Notes: generated by a model from the letters alone, not told the origin. A stretch of 33,327 nt of DNA from an uncultured Verrucomicrobiales bacterium (GCA_938091905.1 CALKOM010000076.1:1-33327), one strand, 5' to 3'; numbered from the stretch's first letter, positions 7,932 to 17,231 are shown. Numbers and translations are program-made.

Positions 7932-10240
7932 CGTTCTTCCTGACAGTAGATAATCAGACGATTATGGATGAGCAATGCAACATCGAGAAGCCCATCCGCA
8001 CTCAAGTCAGCAAGGACACCATCATAGGGCTGAAATCTTCCACCACGTTGCCCAGTAAAATGTGGATCCATTTCAAAGAGTTTGAAATGCATCGCACTCC
8101 GCAACTTCTCGCCATCCGTTAAAAGCAACTCCATCATGTGGCTAGATGCATTGTCGAAAGCGACAAAGTCATCACGATCATCACCATCCATCTTCCCAGT
8201 GAGCACGGAAGCATAAGTGACATCTTTCAAATCGGTCTCGTAAATCTGCGTCGCCGTTATCCCAAAGTCATCGGGCTGCAACGGGTACCACCAGAAATGA
8301 TCTTTCCCGAAAAGAAACAAATCTGAGCGCCCATCGTCGTCTGCGTCGATAACGAGCGAGTCGGTGATCTCAGAAAGTCCAGGATGAGATTGAGAAAGAC
8401 GATAGACGCCTTTCTCATCGCGCTTCATGACGTGAATCTTGGAAGATTGGCCATCGACCAATAACAGCTCAGGCTTGTTATCCCCATCGATGTCTGCCGC
8501 AACGGAAACTAACAAGGAGGCAGAAACATCGGGAGCGTTGATCTGGTCTAGCACCTCAGCACGACCTTTCTCGCCGAGCCGAGCAGAACGCGCGAAGGCA
8601 TCCCGAGCGACGAGTAGTTCGAGTTTTCCATCGCCATCAAGATCGCCTTCGCTGATGGCACTCGGAGCGACGTTGTCCGCCAGCCCCACCACCGGCGTTT
8701 CACTCTTCTTGAATGAATGATCACCTTGGCAAAGCAGCACTTCAAGCGACTGCACAGCCGAAAGTACCAGCACATCCTCATCGCCATCTTGATCGATGTC
8801 GATCACTCGGAGCCCCTCAATCCGAGAACCAACCTCGTCTTCCGAAAGTGAACTCACCTTCCAATCCTTGGCAGCAGCATCGTGAACGACTGATTCAAGA
8901 GTCCGCGTCCGGTTAGACTCCCCTTTGACAGAGCAAACGATATCAAGAAAACCATCGCCATTCACGTCGCCCAGCGTCATCGTTTCCGGCGAGCCAGACA
9001 GAGGAATCACTTCAGGGTAAGCAAATCGCTGCTCTTTAGAGAACCGAGCCACGCCTAGCACACTTTCCTTCTCGCTCACCATGACCAGCTCGGCCCGCCC
9101 GTCGCCGTCAAGATCTCCTGCAGAGAGTCCTGAAATCTCGGCAAAGGCAGGAAAGCTCTCGGGCGCGCGGAGACTTCCCGAGGACGTCTGCTGATAAAGC
9201 CAAACCTGGGCACCCGGGCCATCGCTAGCAACAACATCCAGGCGCTGGTCTCCAGTGAAATCGGCTACCGCGTAGAAAGAGGTCTTACTACCACTTGATG
9301 GCACTGCATAAGCGCTTCGACGAAAGTCCGGCTTCTTATTGTCCTCACTGACAACAGGACCAACGGCCAATTGCACGAGCGTGTGGTTGGCAGCCGAGAC
9401 TACAATGAAGCTCTCGCTATCACCCTCGCCCCAGTTGATTGGCTGAGGAAAGTTAGATGAACGCTCATAGCCAAAGAAACGCTCTTCCACGAAGCGCCCA
9501 TTATCGCTTTGGAAACGCACCGCCATGAGAGACTTCTTTCCGCCGCTCAAGTAAAAGTAGATGAGATCCAAACGATCATCGTGATTGAGATCCATAACCT
9601 GAAGACCACGAGGATCATCATAGATGCAGGAGTATCGTAACGGACGGGCTTCCAGATCGCCGTCCGAAAATATTAAAAAGCCATCTGACACTGTGCATAG
9701 CAGATCGTTCTTCCCATCCTTGGCCAGATCGCCTAACCAAAGCGCTCCTGTCGTGGTCGCCAGGTCTTCAAACTCATAGATGGTCTTTGCAGACCAATCT
9801 CCTTTGTCGCCTTGCAGATGCACCACAATCTCGTCGCGATCATTTGTGTAAACAAGATCCGTCCGTTTGTCGTCGTTCAGATCGCCAAAGGCGAGATCAT
9901 AGGCAATGCCTCCTGTGAGAACCTTGACGCGCTCAAACCGCGCATCTTTAAGCACAGGCTCCCACCGATCTACCGCGGTTTTTCGCTCTGTCTCCCCTGC
10001 CTTCTCGCCGGGGGCCAGCTGATAATAGAGATCAATGCGAGCATCGTCGTTGTTGATCACGGCGAGGTCCTGATGACCGTCCGCATCGAGATCCGCAGCG
10101 GTAAGATCACGAGAATCCCACTGGATCTTGATGATTTCCGGCTCGGACAAAACCACGGACGGCTCAATCGCGTGGACGGTCGCCCACCCAAACCCAAGCA
10201 CGAAAACAATGGAAGCCGCCTGACCAAGCCTACTTATCAT
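7928..10240 (-). CDS. Secreted FG-GAP/VCBS repeat beta-propeller protein (start likely ATG 10240)
   Basis: More than 12 DxDxDGxxD Ca-binding repeats (DLDADGHQDL, DLNDDKRTDL, DFTGDQRLDV, DLDGDGRAEL, DVNGDGFLDI, DIDQDGDEDV); signal peptide from MISRLGQ; start overlaps the upstream gene end by 11 nt. Confidence 0.85.
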   Translation of the reverse strand: MISRLGQAASIVFVLGFGWATVHAIEPSVVLSEPEIIKIQWDSRDLTAADLDADGHQDLAVINNDDARIDLYYQLAPGEKAGETERKTAVDRWEPVLKDARFERVKVLTGGIAYDLAFGDLNDDKRTDLVYTNDRDEIVVHLQGDKGDWSAKTIYEFEDLATTTGALWLGDLAKDGKNDLLCTVSDGFLIFSDGDLEARPLRYSCIYDDPRGLQVMDLNHDDRLDLIYFYLSGGKKSLMAVRFQSDNGRFVEERFFGYERSSNFPQPINWGEGDSESFIVVSAANHTLVQLAVGPVVSEDNKKPDFRRSAYAVPSSGSKTSFYAVADFTGDQRLDVVASDGPGAQVWLYQQTSSGSLRAPESFPAFAEISGLSAGDLDGDGRAELVMVSEKESVLGVARFSKEQRFAYPEVIPLSGSPETMTLGDVNGDGFLDIVCSVKGESNRTRTLESVVHDAAAKDWKVSSLSEDEVGSRIEGLRVIDIDQDGDEDVLVLSAVQSLEVLLCQGDHSFKKSETPVVGLADNVAPSAISEGDLDGDGKLELLVARDAFARSARLGEKGRAEVLDQINAPDVSASLLVSVAADIDGDNKPELLLVDGQSSKIHVMKRDEKGVYRLSQSHPGLSEITDSLVIDADDDGRSDLFLFGKDHFWWYPLQPDDFGITATQIYETDLKDVTYASVLTGKMDGDDRDDFVAFDNASSHMMELLLTDGEKLRSAMHFKLFEMDPHFTGQRGGRFQPYDGVLADLSADGLLDVALLIHNRLIIYCQEER

Positions 10241-12080
10241 TTGGTAGAAGAATCCCTTTCCCGAAGAACCCATTCTTCTCCATGTAGCCTGCACTTACAG
10301 CAAACCCTAATAAAGCACGCCACTCATTCTCAGAGAGTTTGTGATCCCAATCCACCACTTCACTCATCTCAGCCTGAGGAAACTGAGAAAGCATGTTGGT
10401 CATCGCGGTCATGAGCTGGGCGGTATTGAGATAGTTCACCTCGCAGTAACCAGGCTCAAACTGAGCTAGGGCCGATTTCACATGAGCGACATCCCAGAGT
10501 GACTTGCCTGGGCGCTCGATATTCGAGAGCACCTTGCGCAGGAGCTCCCCCTTCCCAATAGAGAGCACAAAATAGCCCTTGGTAAAGAGATAGGAAATCT
10601 TTGTGGGCGCACCAGGAGCCATGCCAGGCGCCTCAAAAGTGTGCAATTTGTGCCCCAAGAACTCGGAAGGCTCAAAAGCGATGCCAGTCAGGCCTGATGC
10701 GAAGGCAAGCACCTTATCAAACGCAACTTCAAAGCCTTGCTCGTTCTTCAATCCTGCCATGATCACCATCTCATCCTGCATCACCTGCTGGCCATCCGCA
10801 CCCATGGACTGGAGCGTAATGATTTCGGGCTTAAGATTCCCTAACAAATCTTTTTCGATTGAAACACCGAGCTGGCCTTCAGCGCCAGCAAGCTGCGCCT
10901 TCACCATGGGCATCATGGCGGGCATGACTGAATCGAGCATACCCAGGAGCGACTTGTACATGCCCTCAAAACTGAACAGAGAGATCGAAGCGGAGCCCAC
11001 ATCTTGCGGAATGAATGGCGTCTTTGGCATCGGCCCATTCTTGTAGGCGATCAGATTCATCAACCCACTGCGCTTGGCAAAAAGGAGGCCAGAATCCATC
11101 TCGGTCGCCTCATCGTCAAACTTCATGCTGAGATCTAGACTTTGGAGATCCGCCAGGCCCAGAGCCCCCCAAATCTTCTCAATGGTCACTCCCATCCCCG
11201 CAGCTTGCTCACCAAGAAGACCATCCTTCTCCGCTTTCAGAGCAGCAGCCTTCCCAATGGCGATCATTGGACTTAAATTCACATGAAAATGCACATCACT
11301 GTCAGGGCTTTTCTTGTGGAAGGTCCCGAAAGCGCCGTCCGTAAGTTTGGCGCCAGCCACACCCTTCTTGATCGCGTCAATCGTCTCCTCGACCGCCTTG
11401 CGAGGCGAACCAACAATACCAATTTCACCGACCTGCGCATAGGCGAGGACATCATAACTCTTCGCCATCTTGGCTGGTGTCTCGCGAGCTACGTAGATCG
11501 TCTGCCCATTGGTAACCACCTCAGTCATCTCATATTTGTCGCCCTCTTCTTTGGTCTCCTCCATCACGTCTTCGATGAGTTGAGACCATGTCTCTGTGAA
11601 TGCCTTGCCATTTCCTGGCACTTTCCCCACCATCACCATGCGCATTTCTTCAGCCAGGAGATCTGTGAAACGCTCCTTAACTTCGAGGTCAACGGAATCA
11701 AAGTCTTGGGCCTCCTCCATCACCATGGCAAAAACTTCGAAAGGGAGGCTATTGACCGACACCACCATTTCCCCATCGAAGGTCTCCATGGCCTTCTTCA
11801 TCGCCGTTGTCATCGCATCTAATTCCCCACCGCCCTTCAGTTTCTCCACTCCAGGCGCGATAAATTTCTGAAACTTTGGATTGATCCAGGTCTGACCTAA
11901 CGGAGAAGCTTTCAGACGCTCAGGGAGCTTCGTTGCATCTGCGGCATGCATCACGATCAGAGCATCCGCAGGAATGAGTTCAATGAGCGCTTCGTCTGCA
12001 GCCTGCACAGAGAAACTAAAAGCACCGGCCGCGACAATCGCGCCACATAGAGTAGGTTTGATAGAATTCCAAGTCTTCAT
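10230..12080 (-). CDS. Secreted hypothetical protein, DUF3352-like (start likely ATG 12080)
   Basis: Signal peptide MKTWNSIK...SVQA; two similar halves each starting with an 'IP.D' motif (LIPADA, FIPQDV). The family call is by resemblance only. Confidence 0.6.
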   Translation of the reverse strand: MKTWNSIKPTLCGAIVAAGAFSFSVQAADEALIELIPADALIVMHAADATKLPERLKASPLGQTWINPKFQKFIAPGVEKLKGGGELDAMTTAMKKAMETFDGEMVVSVNSLPFEVFAMVMEEAQDFDSVDLEVKERFTDLLAEEMRMVMVGKVPGNGKAFTETWSQLIEDVMEETKEEGDKYEMTEVVTNGQTIYVARETPAKMAKSYDVLAYAQVGEIGIVGSPRKAVEETIDAIKKGVAGAKLTDGAFGTFHKKSPDSDVHFHVNLSPMIAIGKAAALKAEKDGLLGEQAAGMGVTIEKIWGALGLADLQSLDLSMKFDDEATEMDSGLLFAKRSGLMNLIAYKNGPMPKTPFIPQDVGSASISLFSFEGMYKSLLGMLDSVMPAMMPMVKAQLAGAEGQLGVSIEKDLLGNLKPEIITLQSMGADGQQVMQDEMVIMAGLKNEQGFEVAFDKVLAFASGLTGIAFEPSEFLGHKLHTFEAPGMAPGAPTKISYLFTKGYFVLSIGKGELLRKVLSNIERPGKSLWDVAHVKSALAQFEPGYCEVNYLNTAQLMTAMTNMLSQFPQAEMSEVVDWDHKLSENEWRALLGFAVSAGYMEKNGFFGKGILLPNDK

Positions 12081-12117
12081 GATAAGTAGGTTTGGCAGTA
12101 GAAAGTGACAGTAACGT

Positions 12118-13134
12118 TTAGGATTGAGAAGTGACCGCAGCATCTTCCGCCGGACCCGTTTTCACCGGAAGATCTTCGGCCTTGGGATGCGCTCCAGGAG
12201 GATCCAGATAACGGAAACCCGCATTCGGATTTCGCGGATCGAAAGCATACGCATCTTGGTTCTCCAAGAAGAGACGCAGCAGACTAGCAGGAATAGCGAA
12301 ACCTAGCCCTTCAACACCGGCCTGAACCATCTTCATGTTGAGCACGCCGACCACCTCACCCTGTAAATTAAAGAGTGGCCCACCGGAGTTCCCAGAGTTG
12401 ATCTCAGCCGTATGCTGAATGTAAAAAAGGCCCCCTGAAATCACACGATTACGAACACTGACGATGCCTTGGGAAACTGATCGCCCCAAACCTAACGGAC
12501 TCCCAATTGCGAAAACGGATTGGCCGGACCGCAAACCACCGCCCGCTTCGACCGGCACATGCGCAAAGTCTGGACTCTCTTCGCCTTCAATCTTGAGGAG
12601 AGCGAGGTCGAGAACGGGGCTCGTGGCGAGAATTTTAACGTTCTGTTTCTGGATTTTCTCAAGCTCCCGCGAAGTCTGCCTGAAGATCATGATCGTGATC
12701 TTGTGTTCACCCGCAATGACATGATTGTTCGTGATGACATAGCCATCGGGGTGAATAACAAAGCCGGAACCCAATCCAGAAGGCGTCCCGATCTGGACAA
12801 CAGCCTCGCCCACGATCTCTGCGTTCTCTTTAACCGACCGCGTCTGCGCGTTCGCTTGTTTTGAAAACAGGCTTTGCCCAGACGGCGTTGTCGAAACCAG
12901 CTCCTCTTCGGACGCAGCCACATCTTCCGTCACACCCGCCTCCTCGATCCCGGAAATCGCTTCAGACGGGATGTTCAGCACGTCGAACCCCACGTCCAGG
13001 AAGAGATGCTTCTCGGATTTCTTGAGCACTTCTCCCTCCAACCTATTCCCATTTTTTAGAAGAATCGTCTCGGCAAGACTCAACAAAGAGCCCAATATGC
13101 TGACCGAGAGGAAGAAAGAGAGAAAACGCTTCAC
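12118..13134 (-). CDS. Secreted trypsin-like serine protease (S1C/HtrA-like) without PDZ domain
   Basis: GTG start; signal peptide; GSGFVI, TNNHVI (His), DLALLK (Asp), GNSGGPL (Ser); N-terminal small beta domain ETILLKNGNRLEGEV; ends in a short Pro-rich tail. Confidence 0.9.
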   Translation of the reverse strand: MKRFLSFFLSVSILGSLLSLAETILLKNGNRLEGEVLKKSEKHLFLDVGFDVLNIPSEAISGIEEAGVTEDVAASEEELVSTTPSGQSLFSKQANAQTRSVKENAEIVGEAVVQIGTPSGLGSGFVIHPDGYVITNNHVIAGEHKITIMIFRQTSRELEKIQKQNVKILATSPVLDLALLKIEGEESPDFAHVPVEAGGGLRSGQSVFAIGSPLGLGRSVSQGIVSVRNRVISGGLFYIQHTAEINSGNSGGPLFNLQGEVVGVLNMKMVQAGVEGLGFAIPASLLRLFLENQDAYAFDPRNPNAGFRYLDPPGAHPKAEDLPVKTGPAEDAAVTSQS

Positions 13135-13216
13135 CTAACGCAATGATGAAACCTATCTGCCCGGGTGCAAGTGAGATCCGAAATTCTCCTGGGAAAGGTT
13201 GTTCGAGTCCGATCTG

Positions 13217-14215
13217 TTAGACATTCGCCCAAGCCCCTTTGGCCCCGCTGTTAAAGAGGGCCTCAATGACACGCATATTGGCTAAAGCATCCTCAATCGG
13301 CGTTGGCACGGGGCCATCCTCTAAGATCGCCCTCGCCCAGAGATCCCCCTGGATGGTGTATTGATCGCATATCGGGAAGGCGATTTCCTCAATAGATTCC
13401 CCCTGTTGCAACCAGAGCTTACAAGGCACGTCGGGCGGTGCATTGAAGGGAATTTCAATCTCAACTCGCCCAGTCGTGCCAAAGATTTGCACCCGCTGGT
13501 ATGGCACCATTTGCGTGGAACAGGTAAAATTTGAAGTGTGCGTACCGAAATCGAGTAACCCCAGAGCCACGCGGTCCACGCCAAAGCTCGGGTCGTTCTC
13601 AATTATGCCCACGACCCGCTGTGGCTCAGCATCGAAGAGGAAGCGCGAAAGCGAGATGCAATAGCAGCCAATGTCCATCAGTCCACCTCCTCCTATACCG
13701 TCCATGTTACGTATGTTCGAAGCATCGTCGTTGTAGTACGAGAAGGCAGATTGTATTGTCTTCAATTCGCCAATGGATCCGTCCGTCGCCAGTTGCTTTG
13801 CCTTCACCCACTGCGGGTGATGTCGATACATGAAGGCCTCCATCACCTTCAGGTTGGGATACAGCCCCCCAGCATCGACTAGCGACCTTGCTTCATCGAC
13901 GGAAAGGCCAATCGGCTTCTCGCAAAGAACGTGTTTTCCCGCTTCCAGCGATTTGATAGACCATGGCACATGCAAGTGATTTGGCAGCGGATTATAGATC
14001 GCATCGATGTCAGGATCGTCAAGAAGAGCATCGTAGCTACCGTAGGCCTTCTCGATTCCTAAATCATCCGCCACAGCTCGCGCTTTCGATTCGTCACGAG
14101 AAGCCAACCCACAAACTTCCGTCATGGCCCCCCTCTGCATCGCAGGAATGACTTTCGCCGTCCCAATGAGTGCAGTGCTCAAAATGCCAATACGAACCTT
14201 CTTCTCCGCTCTCAT
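13217..14215 (-). CDS. Cytoplasmic Gfo/Idh/MocA-family oxidoreductase (start likely ATG 14215)
   Basis: VRIGILSTALIG, DAIYNPLPNHLH, HVLCEKP, MEAFMYRHHPQW, GGGLMDIGCY. Confidence 0.9.
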   Translation of the reverse strand: MRAEKKVRIGILSTALIGTAKVIPAMQRGAMTEVCGLASRDESKARAVADDLGIEKAYGSYDALLDDPDIDAIYNPLPNHLHVPWSIKSLEAGKHVLCEKPIGLSVDEARSLVDAGGLYPNLKVMEAFMYRHHPQWVKAKQLATDGSIGELKTIQSAFSYYNDDASNIRNMDGIGGGGLMDIGCYCISLSRFLFDAEPQRVVGIIENDPSFGVDRVALGLLDFGTHTSNFTCSTQMVPYQRVQIFGTTGRVEIEIPFNAPPDVPCKLWLQQGESIEEIAFPICDQYTIQGDLWARAILEDGPVPTPIEDALANMRVIEALFNSGAKGAWANV

Positions 14216-14320
14216 GATGGAGACCTTAGAGCCTGTATTTCCCTGTTCTCCAGTAGAATCCAACGGAAATCTCGCTCAGCATTGACCCATCACCCGCGAA
14301 GTGTATTCAGTGGAAGGTTC

Positions 14321-15310
14321 ATGGCCAAGCCCCTCCTTCTCATCACCGGCGCGACTGGCAAAGTCGGAAGTCATTTCCTTCGTGCCGCTCTTAACGATTC
14401 CAAGCTCGAAGACTATCGCTTTCGAGCACTATGTCACAAACGCACCCTGCCAGTGCATGATCGGGTCGAAACCGTGAATGGCTCCATTTCCGATCGCGGA
14501 CTCGTCCAACAAGCCATGCGGGACGTCACCCATGTCGTTCACTTGGCGACCTGCAAAGAAACGCCAGAAGACGTTATGGACGTCACTGTAAAAGGGCTCT
14601 TCTGGTTGCTGGAGGAAGCCAGGATTTCCGATAGGTTCCAACAGTTCCTCCTTATCGGAGGCGATGCCTGTGTCGGACACTTTCATTATCCTCACGAGAA
14701 GCCGGTAACCGAGGCGCAACCCCACTCTCCGTACCCCGGATGCTACGCACTCTCAAAAGTCCTCGAAGAGGTTCTCCTCGAGCAATACTACCTCCCTTAC
14801 AAACTGAACGGTTGCTGCCTGCGTGCGCCGTGGATCATGGAGAAAGACGACTTTAAACACCAACTCTCCTTTGGTCCGGACGTCTTTGGTGCCCCGGTTT
14901 GGTCGACCTATATCGATGAGGCGACGGCAAGAAGCTACGCCGACACCCTGACTGTTCCTGTCATGCTCGATCCCGAGGGACACCCTGTAAAACGCAACTT
15001 CGTTCATGTGCGAGACCTCGTGAGCGCCATCCTCTGCGCCATCGACCATCCACGAGGACGGCAACAATTGTTCAACATCTCGATGGATGCCCCAATCGAT
15101 TACCAAGAACTGGCAAACTATCTCCAGGAGACGCGTGGATTTCCCCAAGTGCCGATTGCGACCGAATACCACTCAACCTGGCTCGATAATAGCAAGGCCA
15201 AGCACCTTCTCGGATGGAAACCCTCATTTACCATGCAATCGATGGCCGACGAAGCCTTCGACTACGTCCGCGAGCCTGATGACCCACGGGTGATCCACTA
15301 TCCAGGATAG
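14321..15310 (+). CDS. NAD-dependent epimerase/dehydratase (extended SDR; start likely ATG 14321)
   Basis: LITGATGKVG, HVVHLA, YALSK (YxxxK), NFVHVRDL, KAKHLLGWKP. Confidence 0.85.
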   Translation: MAKPLLLITGATGKVGSHFLRAALNDSKLEDYRFRALCHKRTLPVHDRVETVNGSISDRGLVQQAMRDVTHVVHLATCKETPEDVMDVTVKGLFWLLEEARISDRFQQFLLIGGDACVGHFHYPHEKPVTEAQPHSPYPGCYALSKVLEEVLLEQYYLPYKLNGCCLRAPWIMEKDDFKHQLSFGPDVFGAPVWSTYIDEATARSYADTLTVPVMLDPEGHPVKRNFVHVRDLVSAILCAIDHPRGRQQLFNISMDAPIDYQELANYLQETRGFPQVPIATEYHSTWLDNSKAKHLLGWKPSFTMQSMADEAFDYVREPDDPRVIHYPG

Positions 15311-15475
15311 TTCCCTCTCGGCCTTTTCAGTGGTGTAAAGGCCATCGATGCCATCATGCGGGCCCATTGCTGTTCATTCGTGCGAATCTGCACTAAGGCC
15401 GATATTCAGGGAAGAGAAACGAAACACTATCACAGGTCCCAAGACAACTTGTATATGGTTATTATAATTATTGTA

Positions 15476-15503
15476 TTGATTAGAAAATAGAACAAGGTAT
15501 CCT
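15476..15503 (+). promoter_or_regulatory. Putative sigma70-type promoter for the hairpin RNA
   Basis: TTGATT-N16-TATCCT preceded by a very AT-rich tract (15449-15475); a start near 15510 would lie just ahead of the hairpin. Confidence 0.4.
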
Positions 15504-15509
15504 CAGTCA

Positions 15510-15606
15510 GCTTTACACATTTTTAGGACCTTGGGGGGGCGATAGTTTGCCAACGAGGTGTTGGCGGACAGGAGTGGAATCGCCTCCCCAGGTCCTAATC
15601 TTTCTT
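15510..15606 (+). ncRNA. Candidate structured small RNA (long hairpin), family not recognised
   Basis: Outer stem 15523-15543 / 15579-15598 (20 bp, one bulged U, one G-U); inner stem 15545-15554 / 15560-15569 (10 bp, two U-G); loop GAGGU; AGGAGUGGA bulge; followed by UCUUUCUU. Confidence 0.5.
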
Positions 15607-15633
15607 GCCAAGACGAGCTGAAAGTCCTAGCTC
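15605..15633 (+). promoter_or_regulatory. Possible promoter for the SET gene (short or no leader)
   Basis: TTGCCA-N17-TAGCTC ending 9 nt before the second in-frame ATG (15643); no Shine-Dalgarno visible. Confidence 0.3.
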
Positions 15634-15636
15634 CCT

Positions 15637-16287
15637 ATGGCGATGGCGAAACCCAAGTCCCCCACGAAGAAGGTAAAGGAATCGGCGGCCCCCAAACCGA
15701 CCACTTCCCCTTATTGCAAGCCCCAGGGCTCTGCCATTCATCAGCAAGGCCTCTTCGCGTCGAAGAAGATTCCTAAGAATACTGAAATCATCGAATACGT
15801 TGGGGAGAAGATCAGTACGAAAGAGGGAGACAGGCGCGCCATCGATCTAGCCGATGAGCGCGAGGGTACTGGTGACGCCTCCGTCTACATGTTCATCCTC
15901 GATGATGACCACGACGTCGATGGCAATGTCCCTCACAATACGGCAAAGCTCATCAACCACGGCTGTGATCCGAACTGCGAAGCCCAAATCATCGACGATG
16001 AGATCTGGATCGTTGCGCTTAGAGAGATCAAGAAGGGCGACGAACTCACGTTCGACTACGGTTTCGAACTCGATCATTACGAGGACCATCCCTGCCTTTG
16101 CGGTAGCCCTAAGTGCATCGGCTACATCGTCTCTCGAGATTACTGGCCCAAGCTAAAGGCGAAATTGGCAAAGAAGAAAGCAGCCAAGAAGAAGAAAGCC
16201 ACGGCCAAGAAGAAGCCAGCTACCAAGAAGCAGGTCGCTTCGAAGAAGAAGAAAGCAGCCAAGAAGAACAGGAAAAAGAAACGCTAG
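15637..16287 (+). CDS. SET-domain protein-lysine methyltransferase with post-SET Zn motif and a Lys/Ala-rich C-terminal tail
   Basis: QGLFA, IIEYVGE, AKLINHGCDPNC (RFINHSCxPN-like), GDELTFDY, post-SET CLCGSPKC; tail KKKAAKKKKATAKKKPATKK. Confidence 0.92.
   Translation: MAMAKPKSPTKKVKESAAPKPTTSPYCKPQGSAIHQQGLFASKKIPKNTEIIEYVGEKISTKEGDRRAIDLADEREGTGDASVYMFILDDDHDVDGNVPHNTAKLINHGCDPNCEAQIIDDEIWIVALREIKKGDELTFDYGFELDHYEDHPCLCGSPKCIGYIVSRDYWPKLKAKLAKKKAAKKKKATAKKKPATKKQVASKKKKAAKKNRKKKR
16171..16268 (+). repeat. 23-nt direct repeat inside the SET tail
   Basis: AAGAAGAAAGCAGCCAAGAAGAA at 16171-16193 and 16246-16268, each encoding KKKAAKK. Confidence 0.85.
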
Positions 16288-17153
16288 GATCGCCTCAGAA
16301 TGAATAGGGTGCCAACAATCGCGAGCACACTAGCCGGATAAAACGTCAGCGCCGGAGTCGCTCCAAAGATGAAATAGGCAGCGGTGCCTGCGAAGATGAA
16401 TTGCGTCTGGCTTGCCACCGCCACGACCTGGCCGCGCATGCGTTTCATCGCGTAGTTGAGAAGACTGTGCCCCAGCACGGTCGGAATGAACGTCAGCGCG
16501 ACAACCCATTTCCACTGCCCCAACGCCGGAAGAAACGGCTCGCCAATGGCCACCATGAAGACACCGCAAGCTAGAGCACCCGTCAGATAAAGCGGCACAA
16601 CATACAGTGCAAAGCCCGGAAACTGAGGACTTCGTTGGCGGGCCAGCGCAAGGTACAGCGCGAGAAAAAGCATGGACCCGAAGCACAGGAGATCGCCTTG
16701 AGCGGTCTCAGCAGAGAGGTGAACATCACCCGCCACCAACACGAGGAGTCCCGCCAAGACAATTCCCGTGCCGATCCACTCGGTGCGGCGCACCCGCTCC
16801 TTCGCAATGACGTAAAGAAGCCACGGCAAGGCAATGGGCGCCATGTTCGCAATGAGGCTGGCATTGGCCGTAGGCGTTTGTCGGGCACCGATGACCCAAC
16901 TGACCAGATGCGCGGCGAAGACAACGCCCGGCAGAACGGCCAGCCTCAGCGGGATGTGGTCCACATTCGGGCGATGACGCCTATACTCGTGAAAAGCCAG
17001 CGGGGCGAGAACGATCCCAGCAAGGCCCAGTCGCCACATGCTGAGCCCGAGGGGCGGCACCTCGCTAATCTGGATGAACAGCACTGCGGAAGCCAGGCAC
17101 AGCACAGCACTGAAAAGAAGAAGGTAGGTGCGGATGGTAACCGATACGGTCAT
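16284..17153 (-). CDS. DMT/EamA-family transporter
   Basis: About ten hydrophobic helices in two repeats; WRLGLAG, ANASLIANMAP, GDLLC, PTVLGHSLLNYAM. Confidence 0.9.
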   Translation of the reverse strand: MTVSVTIRTYLLLFSAVLCLASAVLFIQISEVPPLGLSMWRLGLAGIVLAPLAFHEYRRHRPNVDHIPLRLAVLPGVVFAAHLVSWVIGARQTPTANASLIANMAPIALPWLLYVIAKERVRRTEWIGTGIVLAGLLVLVAGDVHLSAETAQGDLLCFGSMLFLALYLALARQRSPQFPGFALYVVPLYLTGALACGVFMVAIGEPFLPALGQWKWVVALTFIPTVLGHSLLNYAMKRMRGQVVAVASQTQFIFAGTAAYFIFGATPALTFYPASVLAIVGTLFILRRS

Positions 17154-17188
17154 GGGAGAGCGATTCTAGCCCGCTGGCAAACGCCTCA

Positions 17189-17217
17189 TTGACGGAACCA
17201 GGGGTATGACTTAATAA
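17189..17217 (+). promoter_or_regulatory. Putative promoter of the helicase-ruvC-lipB-clpS-MTase run
   Basis: TTGACG-N17-TAATAA, 14 nt upstream of ATG 17232. Confidence 0.4.
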
Positions 17218-17231
17218 GCGGGCCTTAATCA

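Noticed and set aside
7928..10240. Recurrent CCATCG/GATCGCC-type nucleotide motifs suggesting an array
   Set aside because: Explained by DxDGDG protein repeats; no fixed repeat-spacer periodicity, no cas genes.
7442..10414. Long + strand ORFs (226 aa, 200 aa and others)
   Set aside because: Out-of-frame or antisense shadows of batE and the FG-GAP gene.
15320..15343. GGCCTTT-N10-AAAGGCC hairpin after the epimerase stop
   Set aside because: Only 7 bp with a large loop and no U-tract; too weak to call a terminator.
15533..15590. tRNA, tmRNA or SRP identity for the GGGGGGGCG...CGCCTCCCCA hairpin
   Set aside because: No TTCGA T-loop or cloverleaf, far too short for tmRNA, and no SRP GGAA/GCAG domain IV motif.
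15558..15776. 72-aa ORF overlapping the SET gene start
   Set aside because: Starts inside the hairpin, out of frame with the well-supported SET CDS, no motifs.
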